This document shows, in pieces, positions 19,311 to 29,816 of a DNA stretch of 64,000 bases. Position numbers and translations under genes: made by a program. Source of the DNA: an uncultured virus (IMG/VR IMGVR_UViG_3300028833_000012) (taxonomy: Duplodnaviria > Heunggongvirae > Uroviricota > Caudoviricetes); IMG/VR virus record IMGVR_UViG_3300028833_000012. The stretch is one strand, 5' to 3'. The notes under the pieces were generated by a model. The model searched no databases, was not told the DNA's origin, and saw only the letters and a program-made list of their open reading frames with translations. Every line of letters begins with the position of its first letter. The stretch's first letter is position 1.

Positions 19311-21107
19311 ATGGCATCAACAGCGGCGGCAAACCAGGCAATCTTCGACAGACTGAGCGGCATGTCGCAGTTCCATCCGGCCACGGCAAACCTCTTTGCC
19401 GACTGGACGCTCGACCCCGGCGATGTGGTGACGGTCCGCCAGGGACAGACGGACTACACAGTGCCGATCTACCAGATGAACCTTGACTGGCGCGGCAAAC
19501 CGATGGTCGAGGTTCAGTCCACAGGTTCCGAAAAGCGCCCGCCACTGTCGGCCCTGAAGCGGAACAGTTACGGTTCCGGGAAGCGGCAGGAGGAGCAGGA
19601 GCAGGAACTGATCCGGCATCGGGCGGACATCGAGACGAGCAACGAACGGCTTCTTCTGTGGGCGACGGAGGACGAGTGGAGCGAGATCGCCGGGGAATAC
19701 CAGACCACACACAAGAGCCAACTCGAAGTCAACGCAAACGGCATCAGTTCGGTCGTGACAGGCATTGACGCAGGGACGTTCAAGGAGAGTAATTCCTACG
19801 CGGTCGGCGATGTCACGGTCCACAACGGCAAGGTCTACGTCTTCCGCACAGCGCACGCCGCGAACACACCGTGGGATCCGACAGAAGTGCAGGAAGCGCT
19901 CAACCTGTACGGATCCGTCAAAAGCCACAGCACCCGGATCCAGCAGACGGAGAGCAAGATCGCGCTTGTGGTGGATGACAACGGCATCCGGCGCGGAGAG
20001 ATCATACTGGCGATCAACGATGATAACACAACAACAGCCGGGATCAGGGCGGATAAAGTCATCCTGAGTTCAAACGGTGGAGCCAGCGTGATGCTGAGTG
20101 ATAAAGTTGACGTGCTCGGCAGCATGGAGATTATCAGCGGAGGATACTTGGCTGTTGACGGGGCACTATACGCACAAGACGACCTTCACGTTGCAGGTGA
20201 TCTCGACATTGGCAACGGGTCGGTGACAATCAGTGAATTTGGCAGCATCGAATGTGGAAGCGTTGAAGCCAGCAGTTTCCAGGTGGCAAACGGCGGGGAC
20301 CTGGTCAACAGCCACATCGGCGTGACTGTAACCGAATCCAACGGCCAAGTGACGCTGACGTTCGCAAAAGCGGACGGCGGCACGCCGGACACTGTAACTT
20401 TTAGCCGGGCCTCCGCTACACGCACAGTCCGCACTCTGACCCAGAGCGGAGGCACAGTCAATGTTGGGTCGCGTGTTTACACCGTCGATGCAGACATCGT
20501 CTACAGCGACAACGACACCGGGTCGAGTACGATCCAGATCCCGCTGACCATCGGCAGCTACGACAGCACCGGGAAGAGTTACCCGCTGACCGTGGCGGGC
20601 ATATCCGGCATCAGCGTGTCTGCATCCGACGCATGGCAGGCCGGTTACGATGACGGCGAACAGGACATGCTCGATATGTACGACGTTGTAAGCGTCACGC
20701 TCGGAACGGTTTCAAAGGTTGGCACAGCGTCCGTCAGCGTCCCGTTGAGCATCGAGATCGGCGATTACCTGTCCGGAAACACAAAGACCGTAACGCGCAC
20801 AGTGACGCCCAGCGTGTCGAGCCTGCTGGAAGCCCGAACCGGCACGAACAAAATCACCAGCAACGGCACCTACACGCCGTCGAGCGGGAAGCTCGGTTTT
20901 TCGACGGTGGTGGTGGATGTCGATGCGGGGTACACTACGCCGAACTATCAGTGCGCGTCAAATCTGACGTTCAAGGCCGGTTCCGCAGCGCTGACCACGC
21001 AGCCGACGCATATGTATGCGCTCGTTCAAGGGAACTATGAAGACATGGGCTCCGGCTACTGGTATATGCGAAACACCTATATGCAAGTCAAAACCATGTA
21101 CACATAA
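19311..21107 (+). CDS. tail tip/spike protein
   Basis: LDPGDVVTV OB-like segment, coiled coil, beta-helix-like and Thr/Val-rich regions. Confidence 0.65.
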   Translation: MASTAAANQAIFDRLSGMSQFHPATANLFADWTLDPGDVVTVRQGQTDYTVPIYQMNLDWRGKPMVEVQSTGSEKRPPLSALKRNSYGSGKRQEEQEQELIRHRADIETSNERLLLWATEDEWSEIAGEYQTTHKSQLEVNANGISSVVTGIDAGTFKESNSYAVGDVTVHNGKVYVFRTAHAANTPWDPTEVQEALNLYGSVKSHSTRIQQTESKIALVVDDNGIRRGEIILAINDDNTTTAGIRADKVILSSNGGASVMLSDKVDVLGSMEIISGGYLAVDGALYAQDDLHVAGDLDIGNGSVTISEFGSIECGSVEASSFQVANGGDLVNSHIGVTVTESNGQVTLTFAKADGGTPDTVTFSRASATRTVRTLTQSGGTVNVGSRVYTVDADIVYSDNDTGSSTIQIPLTIGSYDSTGKSYPLTVAGISGISVSASDAWQAGYDDGEQDMLDMYDVVSVTLGTVSKVGTASVSVPLSIEIGDYLSGNTKTVTRTVTPSVSSLLEARTGTNKITSNGTYTPSSGKLGFSTVVVDVDAGYTTPNYQCASNLTFKAGSAALTTQPTHMYALVQGNYEDMGSGYWYMRNTYMQVKTMYT

Positions 21108-21120
21108 GGAGGGCGACGAA

Positions 21121-21282
21121 ATGACCACCACAGAGGCAATCCAGAGAGCCTACGACATTACCGACCGTATGCAGGTCTCCGGGGGCGCAATCGAACAGAT
21201 GGCGGCGCTCCGGGCGGCACTGCGCGAAGCCTACGCGGCGGCGAAAACCGTCGAGACAGCAGAGGAGGATGACGGCAAATGA
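21121..21282 (+). CDS. small hypothetical protein
   Basis: AGGAGG RBS, overlaps next start. Confidence 0.5.
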   Translation: MTTTEAIQRAYDITDRMQVSGGAIEQMAALRAALREAYAAAKTVETAEEDDGK

Positions 21283-24254
21283 TTACAATCGAACGCACGG
21301 TGGACATTTCCAAGCCCGTTCAGACGGAGACGCTGCGGGGGAACGAATTTACCGGGGAGCAACTGGCCCACACGTTCAAAATCCATGTCACCAGGGACGG
21401 TGTGGCGGTGCCACTGACCGGTACTGTGACGGCGAGGTTCTTCCAAGCCAACGGCGCGTCGCTGCTGCTGGCGGAAACCTGCGGTCTTGAGGACGGCGCG
21501 GCGACGGTCACGCTGGTCAAGGCGTGCTATGACATTCCCGGACGCTTCGCGCTGGCGATCTACCACACCGAAAACGGCGAAGTCACCTGCATCTATTCGG
21601 CGGTTGGCGCTGTGGTCAACGTCATCGGTGACCCGGAATACGACCCCGGTAACGTGATCGGGGACATCTCCACGCTGATTGACACCGCGAACCAAGCCGC
21701 TGAAGACGCGCAGGAAGCACTGGATCAGGCCACCGCCGTGGTGTCCTACGCGGAACAGACCGGCAAGACCGACGCGGAGAAGGCCCAGGCCCGTACGAAC
21801 ATCGGCGCGGCCAGCGAAGCCGTAGAAACCGCGATGGCGGAGCACTTCCCCGCCACCGGCAAGCTGGTTGCTGGCATCAGTACAACCGCGAGCGCGAATG
21901 GCGCTGTGGCAACGGGTGTGGGAACGACCGCCAGCGGGCAGGCCAGCCACGCGGAGGGCCAGCTTACCACCGCTGATGGTCAGGTTGCCCACGCGGAGGG
22001 CTACGGAACCACTGCAAGCGGCAACTACAGCCACGCGGAGGGCTTCGGCACGAAGGCCAGCGGCGACCATCAGCACGCCTTCGGCAAGTACAACGTCGAG
22101 GACACCAACGACACCTATCTGGAGCTCGCGGGCAACGGCACCGGCGACAACGCCCGGAGCAACGCCCGGACGCTGGATTGGAACGGCAATGAGACTCTCG
22201 CTGGCGACCTGACGGTCAACAAGGGCGGGGCTTCGGAGATCACCGTCGGGCAGGAGCTTTCGTCCTTAAAGAGCGCCTTGAGCCCCGCCGCAAACGCCGC
22301 TTTTTTCGAGCTTGGGCTGACGCGGACTTATACGATTGACACCGTAAACACGCGCAAATGCGCTTTTGTAGATTTCCCGCTGGAAGTTGGAAAGGCTTAT
22401 ATGTTCCGCAACGCCTCTACTACCGAGGCGCATATGCAGATTGCGTCCACGGACATCAACGCGGATGCGGCATCGCAGGACACGGAAGTGCTTGTGCAAG
22501 GGATCAACCCAGGGCGGACGGCCACGGCGACGCCCACGCAGAGCGCGAAATACCTGCGTCTTTACTGTAATGCAACGCCCGCCGTGCTGGAGATCACGCA
22601 GGTCGAAACCGTCGCGGGGACCATGCAGACGGAGATTGACGCGAACACGGACGCGATCGGGCGCGAACTCAGCGAGAGCGGCGACCTTGATCTCACGCAC
22701 ATCGACGGTATGACCATGAGCACAACCGGCACGATCTACGCATCCAGCGGGAATGCCGTTGCGTATGCCAAAATTTACAAAGGCACTCAGGTCACATTTT
22801 ACGCCGATAACGACGGCGTGTTTGAACCGGCGTCCTGCCGGTATGGCTTTTTTGATACCCTTCCAGCGGGCGGTAAAACCGCCGACAGCTACGGCTCTGG
22901 CTACACGGCCACAGCGCAGGAAGATTGTTATATTGCATTCACGCGCCCAGGGAAATCGCTGTTTCAGGCGACGTACATCAATACCAAGAGCGTTATTTAT
23001 AACACGAATCGGCTTGTTCAGGACGTTTATTCCGACGCCGGAACGCTGGAGATGGAGCGCGTGGCGAATACGGCGATCAACACCAGCAACGGATACTGGT
23101 TCAGCGCGACCGGATGGACGGCTGGCACGGCGGCTGTGCGTGGCGGTGCGAGCCTCGTCTTTCTGGCCGACGGTGTGAGCACCAACTGCCGCTGGACACT
23201 CTGCCGCGGTTCGTTGGCGTATGGGAACATCCACTCTTTCGGTGTGGGATACGGTGTCTTTGTCCCGAACGACGCGGACTACACGATCATCATCAGCGCC
23301 CCGGCGGACGTAACGGCGTTCACGCTGCAGTACACGGCAGAGGGCATCAAGGACAAGGTTAACGGCTACTGGTACGGCAAAAAGATCGTCTGGTTCGGCA
23401 CATCTATCCCGGCAGGCGTAATTAACGCCGGGGCTTCTGGCGGCATTGGCTCCTACCCGGAGCGCATCGGGAATATGCTCGGCGCGAGGGTGTACAACGA
23501 GGCCGTCGGCTCATCTCGCGCACGGGCTGGCAGCCACGCGCTTGCAACTGCGGATGACCCGCTCGGTTTTGCGGGCATGTCACCGCTGGGCATCCTGCTC
23601 TCGCTGTCTGTTTCGTCCGCCGAAAAGCAAGAATTTATCGACGATTGGGATAGCAAATGGAAAGACATTGTGTCCGATCCCGCTGGGACGATGAGCAGCC
23701 TTACGCCCGCGCTCATCACGCTGTACAAAAATGCGTCGTGGGACATCAAGCTGGCCAAATACCTGACCGGCGGCGCTGTCGGCCCGTGCGATTTGTATGT
23801 GTTCGATCACGGGTTCAACGACGCGGTTAGCCCCGGACAGTTTGATGATATGTCTGACGTGCCGGAGAACCCGACCGACCGCTCCTACTGGCTCGGAGCG
23901 ATGGCGTTCCTGTTCAAAAAGATCCTGGACGACAACCCGAAGGCCAAGATCCTTATCATCGGCCATTATATGCACGCACCAACGCAGGGCACGAGCGGCG
24001 CTTACCTGATTAAAAACGGCGTTGACAAATGCTGTGCGGCGCAGGAAAAGTTGGCGGGGCTGTGGGGTATCCCGATCATCAAAACGTGGGAGCACATGCG
24101 GATCTCCAACAACCTCGTCACTAAGGACGGCGATGAGATCCCCGTGCTGTTTGCCCGATTTCCGGATGGCATCCACCCGGCGAGCGACACAACGGGCGAC
24201 GCGCTGCAGTATTATGCCGAAGTGCTGGCCCCGCTCGTCGCGACAGTGCGGTGA
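21279..24254 (+). CDS. receptor-binding/tail fibre protein: BppU-like N-terminus, YadA-like SHAEG repeats, C-terminal SGNH hydrolase
   Basis: Repeats ASHAEG/AHAEG/SHAEG; SGNH blocks WFGTSI, NEAVG, DHGFND, DGIHP. Confidence 0.8.
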   Translation: MITIERTVDISKPVQTETLRGNEFTGEQLAHTFKIHVTRDGVAVPLTGTVTARFFQANGASLLLAETCGLEDGAATVTLVKACYDIPGRFALAIYHTENGEVTCIYSAVGAVVNVIGDPEYDPGNVIGDISTLIDTANQAAEDAQEALDQATAVVSYAEQTGKTDAEKAQARTNIGAASEAVETAMAEHFPATGKLVAGISTTASANGAVATGVGTTASGQASHAEGQLTTADGQVAHAEGYGTTASGNYSHAEGFGTKASGDHQHAFGKYNVEDTNDTYLELAGNGTGDNARSNARTLDWNGNETLAGDLTVNKGGASEITVGQELSSLKSALSPAANAAFFELGLTRTYTIDTVNTRKCAFVDFPLEVGKAYMFRNASTTEAHMQIASTDINADAASQDTEVLVQGINPGRTATATPTQSAKYLRLYCNATPAVLEITQVETVAGTMQTEIDANTDAIGRELSESGDLDLTHIDGMTMSTTGTIYASSGNAVAYAKIYKGTQVTFYADNDGVFEPASCRYGFFDTLPAGGKTADSYGSGYTATAQEDCYIAFTRPGKSLFQATYINTKSVIYNTNRLVQDVYSDAGTLEMERVANTAINTSNGYWFSATGWTAGTAAVRGGASLVFLADGVSTNCRWTLCRGSLAYGNIHSFGVGYGVFVPNDADYTIIISAPADVTAFTLQYTAEGIKDKVNGYWYGKKIVWFGTSIPAGVINAGASGGIGSYPERIGNMLGARVYNEAVGSSRARAGSHALATADDPLGFAGMSPLGILLSLSVSSAEKQEFIDDWDSKWKDIVSDPAGTMSSLTPALITLYKNASWDIKLAKYLTGGAVGPCDLYVFDHGFNDAVSPGQFDDMSDVPENPTDRSYWLGAMAFLFKKILDDNPKAKILIIGHYMHAPTQGTSGAYLIKNGVDKCCAAQEKLAGLWGIPIIKTWEHMRISNNLVTKDGDEIPVLFARFPDGIHPASDTTGDALQYYAEVLAPLVATVR

Positions 24255-24662
24255 AATAAAAGGGATCAGGGAGAATGATGAGCATGAATAAAACCTACTA
24301 CGGGCACGACTGAAGCCGAGCATGATGCGATGGACGTCGCCATCCAATGCGTGTGTAGTGTGTTGAACCTGCTACAAGGCTATCCGGTTGTATTAGACTG
24401 TGATATAATCCGGGTACGTATGATAGTTGGCACGTGTATTGCATGAATAGTACGCCGGATTATGAATCAACGCAATGATTTAAGGTGAGGAATGAACTAT
24501 GGGATGCGAAAATTGCGGACTACGAGAATGTGAAGGTCGAAACGGAATGATCGTTTGCGATCTGGATGGTGAATCTCACGAGCCAGATTATGTCTGCGAA
24601 GAATATGAGCCAACTGCGTTAAATAACACTTTAAGGACGAACTGCTGTAAGGAGGGCTGCCC

Positions 24663-24815
24663 GTGCTCTGGCTGATCATCGCCCTGGTTGTCACCGCGTC
24701 CATGATCCTGCTGTTGGCGCTTGAATCGCATGACACGGACTGGGTGGAATGGCGTCACCCGCCCGAGGATGATGGCGGAATCAGGGAGGATGATGCAGAT
24801 GATCAAAGCGACTGA
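24663..24815 (+). CDS. small single-TM protein
   Basis: AAGGAGG RBS, MLWLIIALVVTASMILLLALE then acidic tail; read by hand, below ORF-track size limit. Confidence 0.5.
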   Translation: MLWLIIALVVTASMILLLALESHDTDWVEWRHPPEDDGGIREDDADDQSD

Positions 24816-25587
24816 CCTCATCGCCGACTTCCGCCGGATGTACGACGAGCATTGGCGATACGATTGGGGCGCGGCGGAGGATGGCTGCGTGGACTGCTCT
24901 GGCGCTTTCGTCAACGCCTATCGTAAGCACGGGAAAACCATCGCGCACGGCTCCAATACGATTGCCCGCAGCTATGTCAATGGCCTGCTGCCGGTGACGG
25001 CGGCGGTTCCCGGCATGGCGGCCTTCAAAATCCGGGAGCCGGGACATCCGAAGTATGCGCTCCCGGCGAAGTTCCGAAAGGGCGGAGCGGCCTACAACGG
25101 AGACCTTAACGACTACTACCACATCGGTCTGGTGGACGAGACCGGGAAATACGTTCTCAACGCCCAGGGCACCAACGCCGGATTCACCCGGACGAAGATC
25201 GGCCTGTGGGGAGCGGTGGGCTACCTGAAAGCGGTGGAGTACCCCACTGAACAGAAGAAGGGAGTTAAACCCATGCAGAAAATGGTTGTGACGGCGAAGG
25301 ACGTGGCCGTCAGGAAGGGCGACAGCACCGAGGCGATGGTCATCAAGCGCCTGCCGAAAGGAACCGTGGTGGACGCATTCGACGACATCGGCGGCTGGCG
25401 GGAGGTCATGTATCAGGGTATCGACGGCTGGATGATGAGCAAGTTCCTGTCCCCGGCGGACGAGAGCGAACCTGCCCCGGCCTATGTGCGCACGCTGACG
25501 GCGGAGGAAATGCAGAAATTACAGACGCTCCGGGATCAGTTGGTGGCGGGCGTGGACTTTCTGAAAACGATTGTGGGGGTGGGGTAA
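24799..25587 (+). CDS. endolysin: NlpC/P60-like cysteine peptidase plus SH3b domain
   Basis: GCVDCSG...YHIGLV catalytic motifs; VAVRKGDST...GWMMSKFL SH3b; start uncertain (24790-24799). Confidence 0.82.
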   Translation: MIKATDLIADFRRMYDEHWRYDWGAAEDGCVDCSGAFVNAYRKHGKTIAHGSNTIARSYVNGLLPVTAAVPGMAAFKIREPGHPKYALPAKFRKGGAAYNGDLNDYYHIGLVDETGKYVLNAQGTNAGFTRTKIGLWGAVGYLKAVEYPTEQKKGVKPMQKMVVTAKDVAVRKGDSTEAMVIKRLPKGTVVDAFDDIGGWREVMYQGIDGWMMSKFLSPADESEPAPAYVRTLTAEEMQKLQTLRDQLVAGVDFLKTIVGVG

Positions 25588-26022
25588 ATGGAGCAGCTAC
25601 CTGCGGTGGAGGGGCTGACCCCGTCCATCCTCTGGTATACCATTGTCGGCCTTGTCGGCATCGGTGCGCTGATCGTGCTGGTGGACAAGGTTGCAGATGT
25701 GTTCCGCAAACGGAAGGCCCGTCAGGCGCTGGCAACTACGCCGTCTGAGGCGTTTGCGGAGACTGTTTCGGAAAAGGTCAAGGAGAGCCTTGAACCACGG
25801 TTTCAAGACATTGACAGAAAGTTGGCGAATGATAAATTGCTTATTGAAGATCACACCCGCAAGTTAGCCGGACAGGCTGCCCAGATCGACGCGATTGAAA
25901 AAGGCAACAAGGTTTTATGCCGTGGCATCCTCGCGCTGCTGAGTCATGAGATCAACGGCAACAGCACAGACAAACTGGCGGCATCACGCGACGAAATTAC
26001 AAACTACCTGATTGACAAGTGA
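25588..26022 (+). CDS. single-TM coiled-coil lysis-module protein (holin-like)
   Basis: One N-terminal TM segment, coiled coil, LLSHEINGN; next to endolysin. Confidence 0.55.
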   Translation: MEQLPAVEGLTPSILWYTIVGLVGIGALIVLVDKVADVFRKRKARQALATTPSEAFAETVSEKVKESLEPRFQDIDRKLANDKLLIEDHTRKLAGQAAQIDAIEKGNKVLCRGILALLSHEINGNSTDKLAASRDEITNYLIDK

Positions 26023-26101
26023 GGTTCGCATGATCTACCCGAACCAAACCGAACTGCTGAAACTCTACGATAAGGACATGAACCTGAAAGGAGACTGCAT
26101 C

Positions 26102-26362
26102 ATGATTGACTGGAAAGCGAAACTCACCTCTCGGAAGTTCTGGGCTGCCGTTGCGCAGTTCGTGACCATGCTGATTCTGGCGTTCAAAGGTTCTCAGGAG
26201 ACCGCGACGCAGGTGACGGCGCTCATTATGGCCGGGGCAGCCGTGGTGGCGTATATCATCGGCGAGGGGCTGATTGATGCGGCCTCTGCGCATGGAGGAC
26301 AGACGATTGTTGTGCCGGGGGTTGACGCGGAAGAGGAGACGGAGAAGGAGGAAGAAGGCTGA
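26102..26362 (+). CDS. holin
   Basis: IDWKAKLTSRKFWAAV...YIIGEGLIDAA, two TM segments. Confidence 0.85.
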   Translation: MIDWKAKLTSRKFWAAVAQFVTMLILAFKGSQETATQVTALIMAGAAVVAYIIGEGLIDAASAHGGQTIVVPGVDAEEETEKEEEG

Positions 26363-26631
26363 TGGACGAAAACGATAAGGTCAACATCGTTGAAAATCCA
26401 GCAACCGTTCCGAACTACGTTCACCAGTCCGACATGGCCAGGGCAGACATGGCCAACAAGCGGATGTTCATCCTGTGCATCGTCGAACTTGTTATCATCA
26501 TCGCAATGGCCGTCGCGTTCTTCATCTATGAGAGCAATGTCCAGGAAGTTGTGATCGAGCAGGACGTGGAGACAGATGACGGCATCTCGCTTGCGAACGG
26601 AATGGGGGATCTGTATTATGGGCCGCGTTAA
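26362..26631 (+). CDS. hypothetical single-TM protein
   Basis: Translationally coupled; one TM segment. Confidence 0.55.
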   Translation: MDENDKVNIVENPATVPNYVHQSDMARADMANKRMFILCIVELVIIIAMAVAFFIYESNVQEVVIEQDVETDDGISLANGMGDLYYGPR

Positions 26632-26724
26632 GCAAAAGATTATCATCCGTGTTCGCAGAACCGACAAGACCGACAAGGACAGCAGACCGTGCCCTGTGTG
26701 CCGTGGGAGCGGCAAAATCAAGAA

Positions 26725-26952
26725 ATGAAAAGAGAACTTGTTGACGTTGGCGTGGACGGCGTTGACGAGTTGCTCCGTCAATGGATTATCGGAAATAAAG
26801 CCGAACGAAACCGAACCATCCTGCGGATGCACTTGTTCAAAGGCATGACCTATGAGGAGATCGCGGAAGAGCTCGGCATGTCATCGAGAAGCATAGGCAG
26901 CATTTGCAGGAAAGGGGAGGACGTCCTCGCACGCCACATGCCTCGGTCATAG
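26725..26952 (+). CDS. sigma-70 region 4-like HTH protein
   Basis: RNRTILRMHLFKGMTYEEIAEELGMS. Confidence 0.75.
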   Translation: MKRELVDVGVDGVDELLRQWIIGNKAERNRTILRMHLFKGMTYEEIAEELGMSSRSIGSICRKGEDVLARHMPRS

Positions 26953-27207
26953 CGCCGGGGCTTTTTTATTTCCTGTTTTCTTCCTGAAACTTGCCTTTTA
27001 CTTGCCGCTTTATTTCCTCGAAAAGCGGCTTTTTGTCTGCAAAAATAGAGATGCAGAAAGGGGAGTGAAGCGCGTGGCTGACTGTGTGGAAAGGCTCAGA
27101 AAATGCGGGTTCCCGACAGAGACTGTTGTGATGATCGCAGCACTGACAGGCCTCGACGTTCTTCAGGAATACATCGAAATGTGTGAGAAAGCGACACGCT
27201 TGCCCCC

Positions 27208-27582
27208 ATGTGGATAAAGTGCAATCCAAACCCGAAGGGGAAACAAGTGGCAGACTGTGTCGTTCGCGCAATTTCCATTGCTACAGGCTTGGATTGGTAC
27301 AGCGTCTATGACGATATCTGCCGGACCGGGCGGGAAGAGTGCAACATGCCTTCCGTCAACAGCGTATGGGGCAAATACCTGTACGATCTCGGCTTCACGC
27401 CTTTTCTGCTTCCGGAATCCTGCCCGAAGTGTATCACGGTCCGCACATTCTGCAAGCGCTTCCCTGTGGGCACCTACATCATCGGGACAGGGAGCCACGC
27501 CATCGCTGTGATGGACGGTGACTACTACGATGCATGGGACTCCGGCAGTGAAGTGCCGAGTTACTTCTGGAGAGTTAAGTGA
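27208..27582 (+). CDS. hypothetical protein, possible papain-like Cys-His-Asp fold
   Basis: NPNP...DCVVRAIS...GSHAIAVMDGDYYDAWDSG. Confidence 0.55.
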   Translation: MWIKCNPNPKGKQVADCVVRAISIATGLDWYSVYDDICRTGREECNMPSVNSVWGKYLYDLGFTPFLLPESCPKCITVRTFCKRFPVGTYIIGTGSHAIAVMDGDYYDAWDSGSEVPSYFWRVK

Positions 27583-28122
27583 ATGGAGGAAATCAACATG
27601 GCCTACAACAGTTTCGTGCAGTACCCGTATGGCGTTATGCCCAACAACAGCTATGGAATGTCCTACGCGCAGCCGCAGATGCAGTATGGACAGCAGATGC
27701 AGAGTTACACGCAGTCCGCCCAGCAGGCTCCTGTCGGCATCATCTGGGTGGATGGTGAAGTCGGTGCGAAGGCGTATCAGTTGCCGTCCGGATGGGCTCC
27801 GAATACGCCGCTGCCGCTCTGGGATACCAACGACACGGTGATCTATCTCAAGTCCACGAACCCGATGGGCATGCCGAATCCGCTCCAGAAGATCCACTAC
27901 ACAATGGACGAAATGCCCAAAGCCCCGATGGCACAGCCGATGTCCGGTCAGGCCGCTTTGCCGATGCCGGAGCAGAGCCATCAGGACATGACGGGGTTCG
28001 TGACCAAGGATGACCTTGAAAAGATGAAGCAGGAACTGCGCGACTCGCTCTCTGAGGCGGTTGCACAGACACAGACGAACCAGACTCAGGCGACCGCTCG
28101 GAAAGGGGCGAAGGCTGAATGA
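27583..28122 (+). CDS. Gln/Pro/Met-rich hypothetical protein
   Basis: IIWVDGEVGAKAY...LWD...IYLKS core. Confidence 0.65.
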   Translation: MEEINMAYNSFVQYPYGVMPNNSYGMSYAQPQMQYGQQMQSYTQSAQQAPVGIIWVDGEVGAKAYQLPSGWAPNTPLPLWDTNDTVIYLKSTNPMGMPNPLQKIHYTMDEMPKAPMAQPMSGQAALPMPEQSHQDMTGFVTKDDLEKMKQELRDSLSEAVAQTQTNQTQATARKGAKAE

Positions 28123-28433
28123 ATCCGCTGTTCGCGTCCATGCAAGGCACCATGCCATTAAATGGCCAGAATCTGCCCGTACAGCCTTCCGCGCCGCAGA
28201 TGGGTTCCACTTCATCCTGGCCCGTGAACAACCTCCAGAACGCCATTGAGAAGGCAAAGCAGATCGCTTCCTCCATGCAGAACCCGCAGGCCTTCGTGAA
28301 CCAGTATTTCCCCGGCGTACCCGCAAACATCGCGAACGATCCGGGGCAGATCATGAACTGGCTCCAGCAGACCGGGCGCGTCAGTCCGCAGCAGGTTCAG
28401 ATGGTGAATCAGCTGGCCGGGATGTTTCGGTGA
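28119..28433 (+). CDS. Gln/Asn-rich hypothetical protein
   Basis: MNPLF...NWLQQTGRVSPQQ. Confidence 0.6.
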   Translation: MNPLFASMQGTMPLNGQNLPVQPSAPQMGSTSSWPVNNLQNAIEKAKQIASSMQNPQAFVNQYFPGVPANIANDPGQIMNWLQQTGRVSPQQVQMVNQLAGMFR

Positions 28434-28515
28434 CTAAAGGATAAGACCAAGATAACACCCGTCGAGTGCGCATCAGACGGTGGTTATAGATTCGCAAGAA
28501 AGGAAGTACCATACA

Positions 28516-29322
28516 ATGACTTCGGAAAATAATGGGATGTACATGCCCGTCGCGCCCGCTTACGGCTACGGCTATGGCGGTGGCAATGACGGTTTCGGCG
28601 GCAACTCTGCTTGGTGGCTTCTCATCCTGCTGATCGCTCTCGGCGGCTGGGGCAACAACGGCTTTGGCGGCGGCTTTGGCGGCGGCTTCTTCCCGTGGAT
28701 GATGGGCGGCCAGATGAACACCAACAACGATGTGCAGCGCGGCTTCGACCATAGTGCCGTGATGACCGGGCTGAACGGTATCAACAACGCGGTCACCACC
28801 GGATTTGGCAACGTACAGACCGCTCTGTGCTCCGGCTTCTCCGGCATCAACGCGACCGTCAACGGTGCCCAGAACGCCATCGCCCAGCAGCTTTACGGCA
28901 ACGAGATTGCCAGCCTGAACCGCTCTTTTGCGGAGCAGACCGCTAACACCGCCGGCTTCACCGGCATCAACGCCGGCGTGGCCGATCTGAAGTACACGAT
29001 GGCCGCTGAGGCTGCCGCGACCCGCGCCAACTGCGATGATAACAACCAGAAGGTGCTCGACAAGCTGTGCCAGCTCGAACTGGATGGTGTCAAGAACCAG
29101 CTGGCCCAGGCCCAGCGCGAGAACGTCGGCCTGCAGAATCAGCTGAACATGGCGAACCTGGCCGCAAGCCAGAATGCGCAGACCGCGCAGATCCGTGAAA
29201 GCATCATCGGTGAACTGCGTAGCTGCCCGATCCCCGCACAGCCCGTTTACGGCTCTCAGCCGATCTTCACCTGTGGCGGTGCCCAGACCGTCGGCTGTGG
29301 CTGCGGCGGCTTCGCGGCGTAA
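28516..29322 (+). CDS. Gly/Asn/Gln-rich membrane-anchored coiled-coil hypothetical protein
   Basis: WWLLILLIALGGWGNNGFGG, coiled coil, C-terminal GCGCG; strongly biased codons. Confidence 0.7.
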   Translation: MTSENNGMYMPVAPAYGYGYGGGNDGFGGNSAWWLLILLIALGGWGNNGFGGGFGGGFFPWMMGGQMNTNNDVQRGFDHSAVMTGLNGINNAVTTGFGNVQTALCSGFSGINATVNGAQNAIAQQLYGNEIASLNRSFAEQTANTAGFTGINAGVADLKYTMAAEAAATRANCDDNNQKVLDKLCQLELDGVKNQLAQAQRENVGLQNQLNMANLAASQNAQTAQIRESIIGELRSCPIPAQPVYGSQPIFTCGGAQTVGCGCGGFAA

Positions 29323-29328
29323 GGAGGG

Positions 29329-29802
29329 GTGACCGTGGCTGAATTTGCGTATGCCCCGAATCAGGTTGTTGAGTCTGGTCAGAACGTCCTGCTTGACACC
29401 GTGATTCCCTGCAACAAGGGGTATGTGTATCACCGCAACCAGAGCGGGATTGTAATTCTCCGTGGCGTCACTCCGAACTGCTTCGCCAGATATCAGGTTG
29501 CCTTCAACGGCAATATAAGCCTGGTTGACGGTGCGACCGTTGGCCCCATCAGTGTAGCAATCGCTATTGACGGGGAGCCTCTCCAGACCAGCAAGGCCAT
29601 TGTGACTCCTGCCGCAGCGGCTGAGAACCCGCCCACGGATGCCAATTTCTTCAACGTGACGTCTACAGCAATCATCACTGTTCCCCGTGGATGCTGCTTC
29701 ACCGTGGCCGTTGAGAACACGTCTGGTCCTGCAGCGCCCGGTGGTGTAGCGCCTGAGATTAACGTGAAGAATGCCAACATGACCGTGGCGCGAATCGCAT
29801 GA
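29329..29802 (+). CDS. beta-sandwich hypothetical protein
   Basis: YQVAFNGNI...VAIAIDGEP...CCFTVAVEN. Confidence 0.65.
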   Translation: MTVAEFAYAPNQVVESGQNVLLDTVIPCNKGYVYHRNQSGIVILRGVTPNCFARYQVAFNGNISLVDGATVGPISVAIAIDGEPLQTSKAIVTPAAAAENPPTDANFFNVTSTAIITVPRGCCFTVAVENTSGPAAPGGVAPEINVKNANMTVARIA

Positions 29803-29816
29803 GAGGAGTGAGAGAA

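Noticed and set aside
19311..24254. Diversity-generating retroelement or tail-fibre shufflon
   Set aside because: No reverse transcriptase, TR/VR pair or inverted cassette repeats seen; the serine recombinase is about 20 kb away
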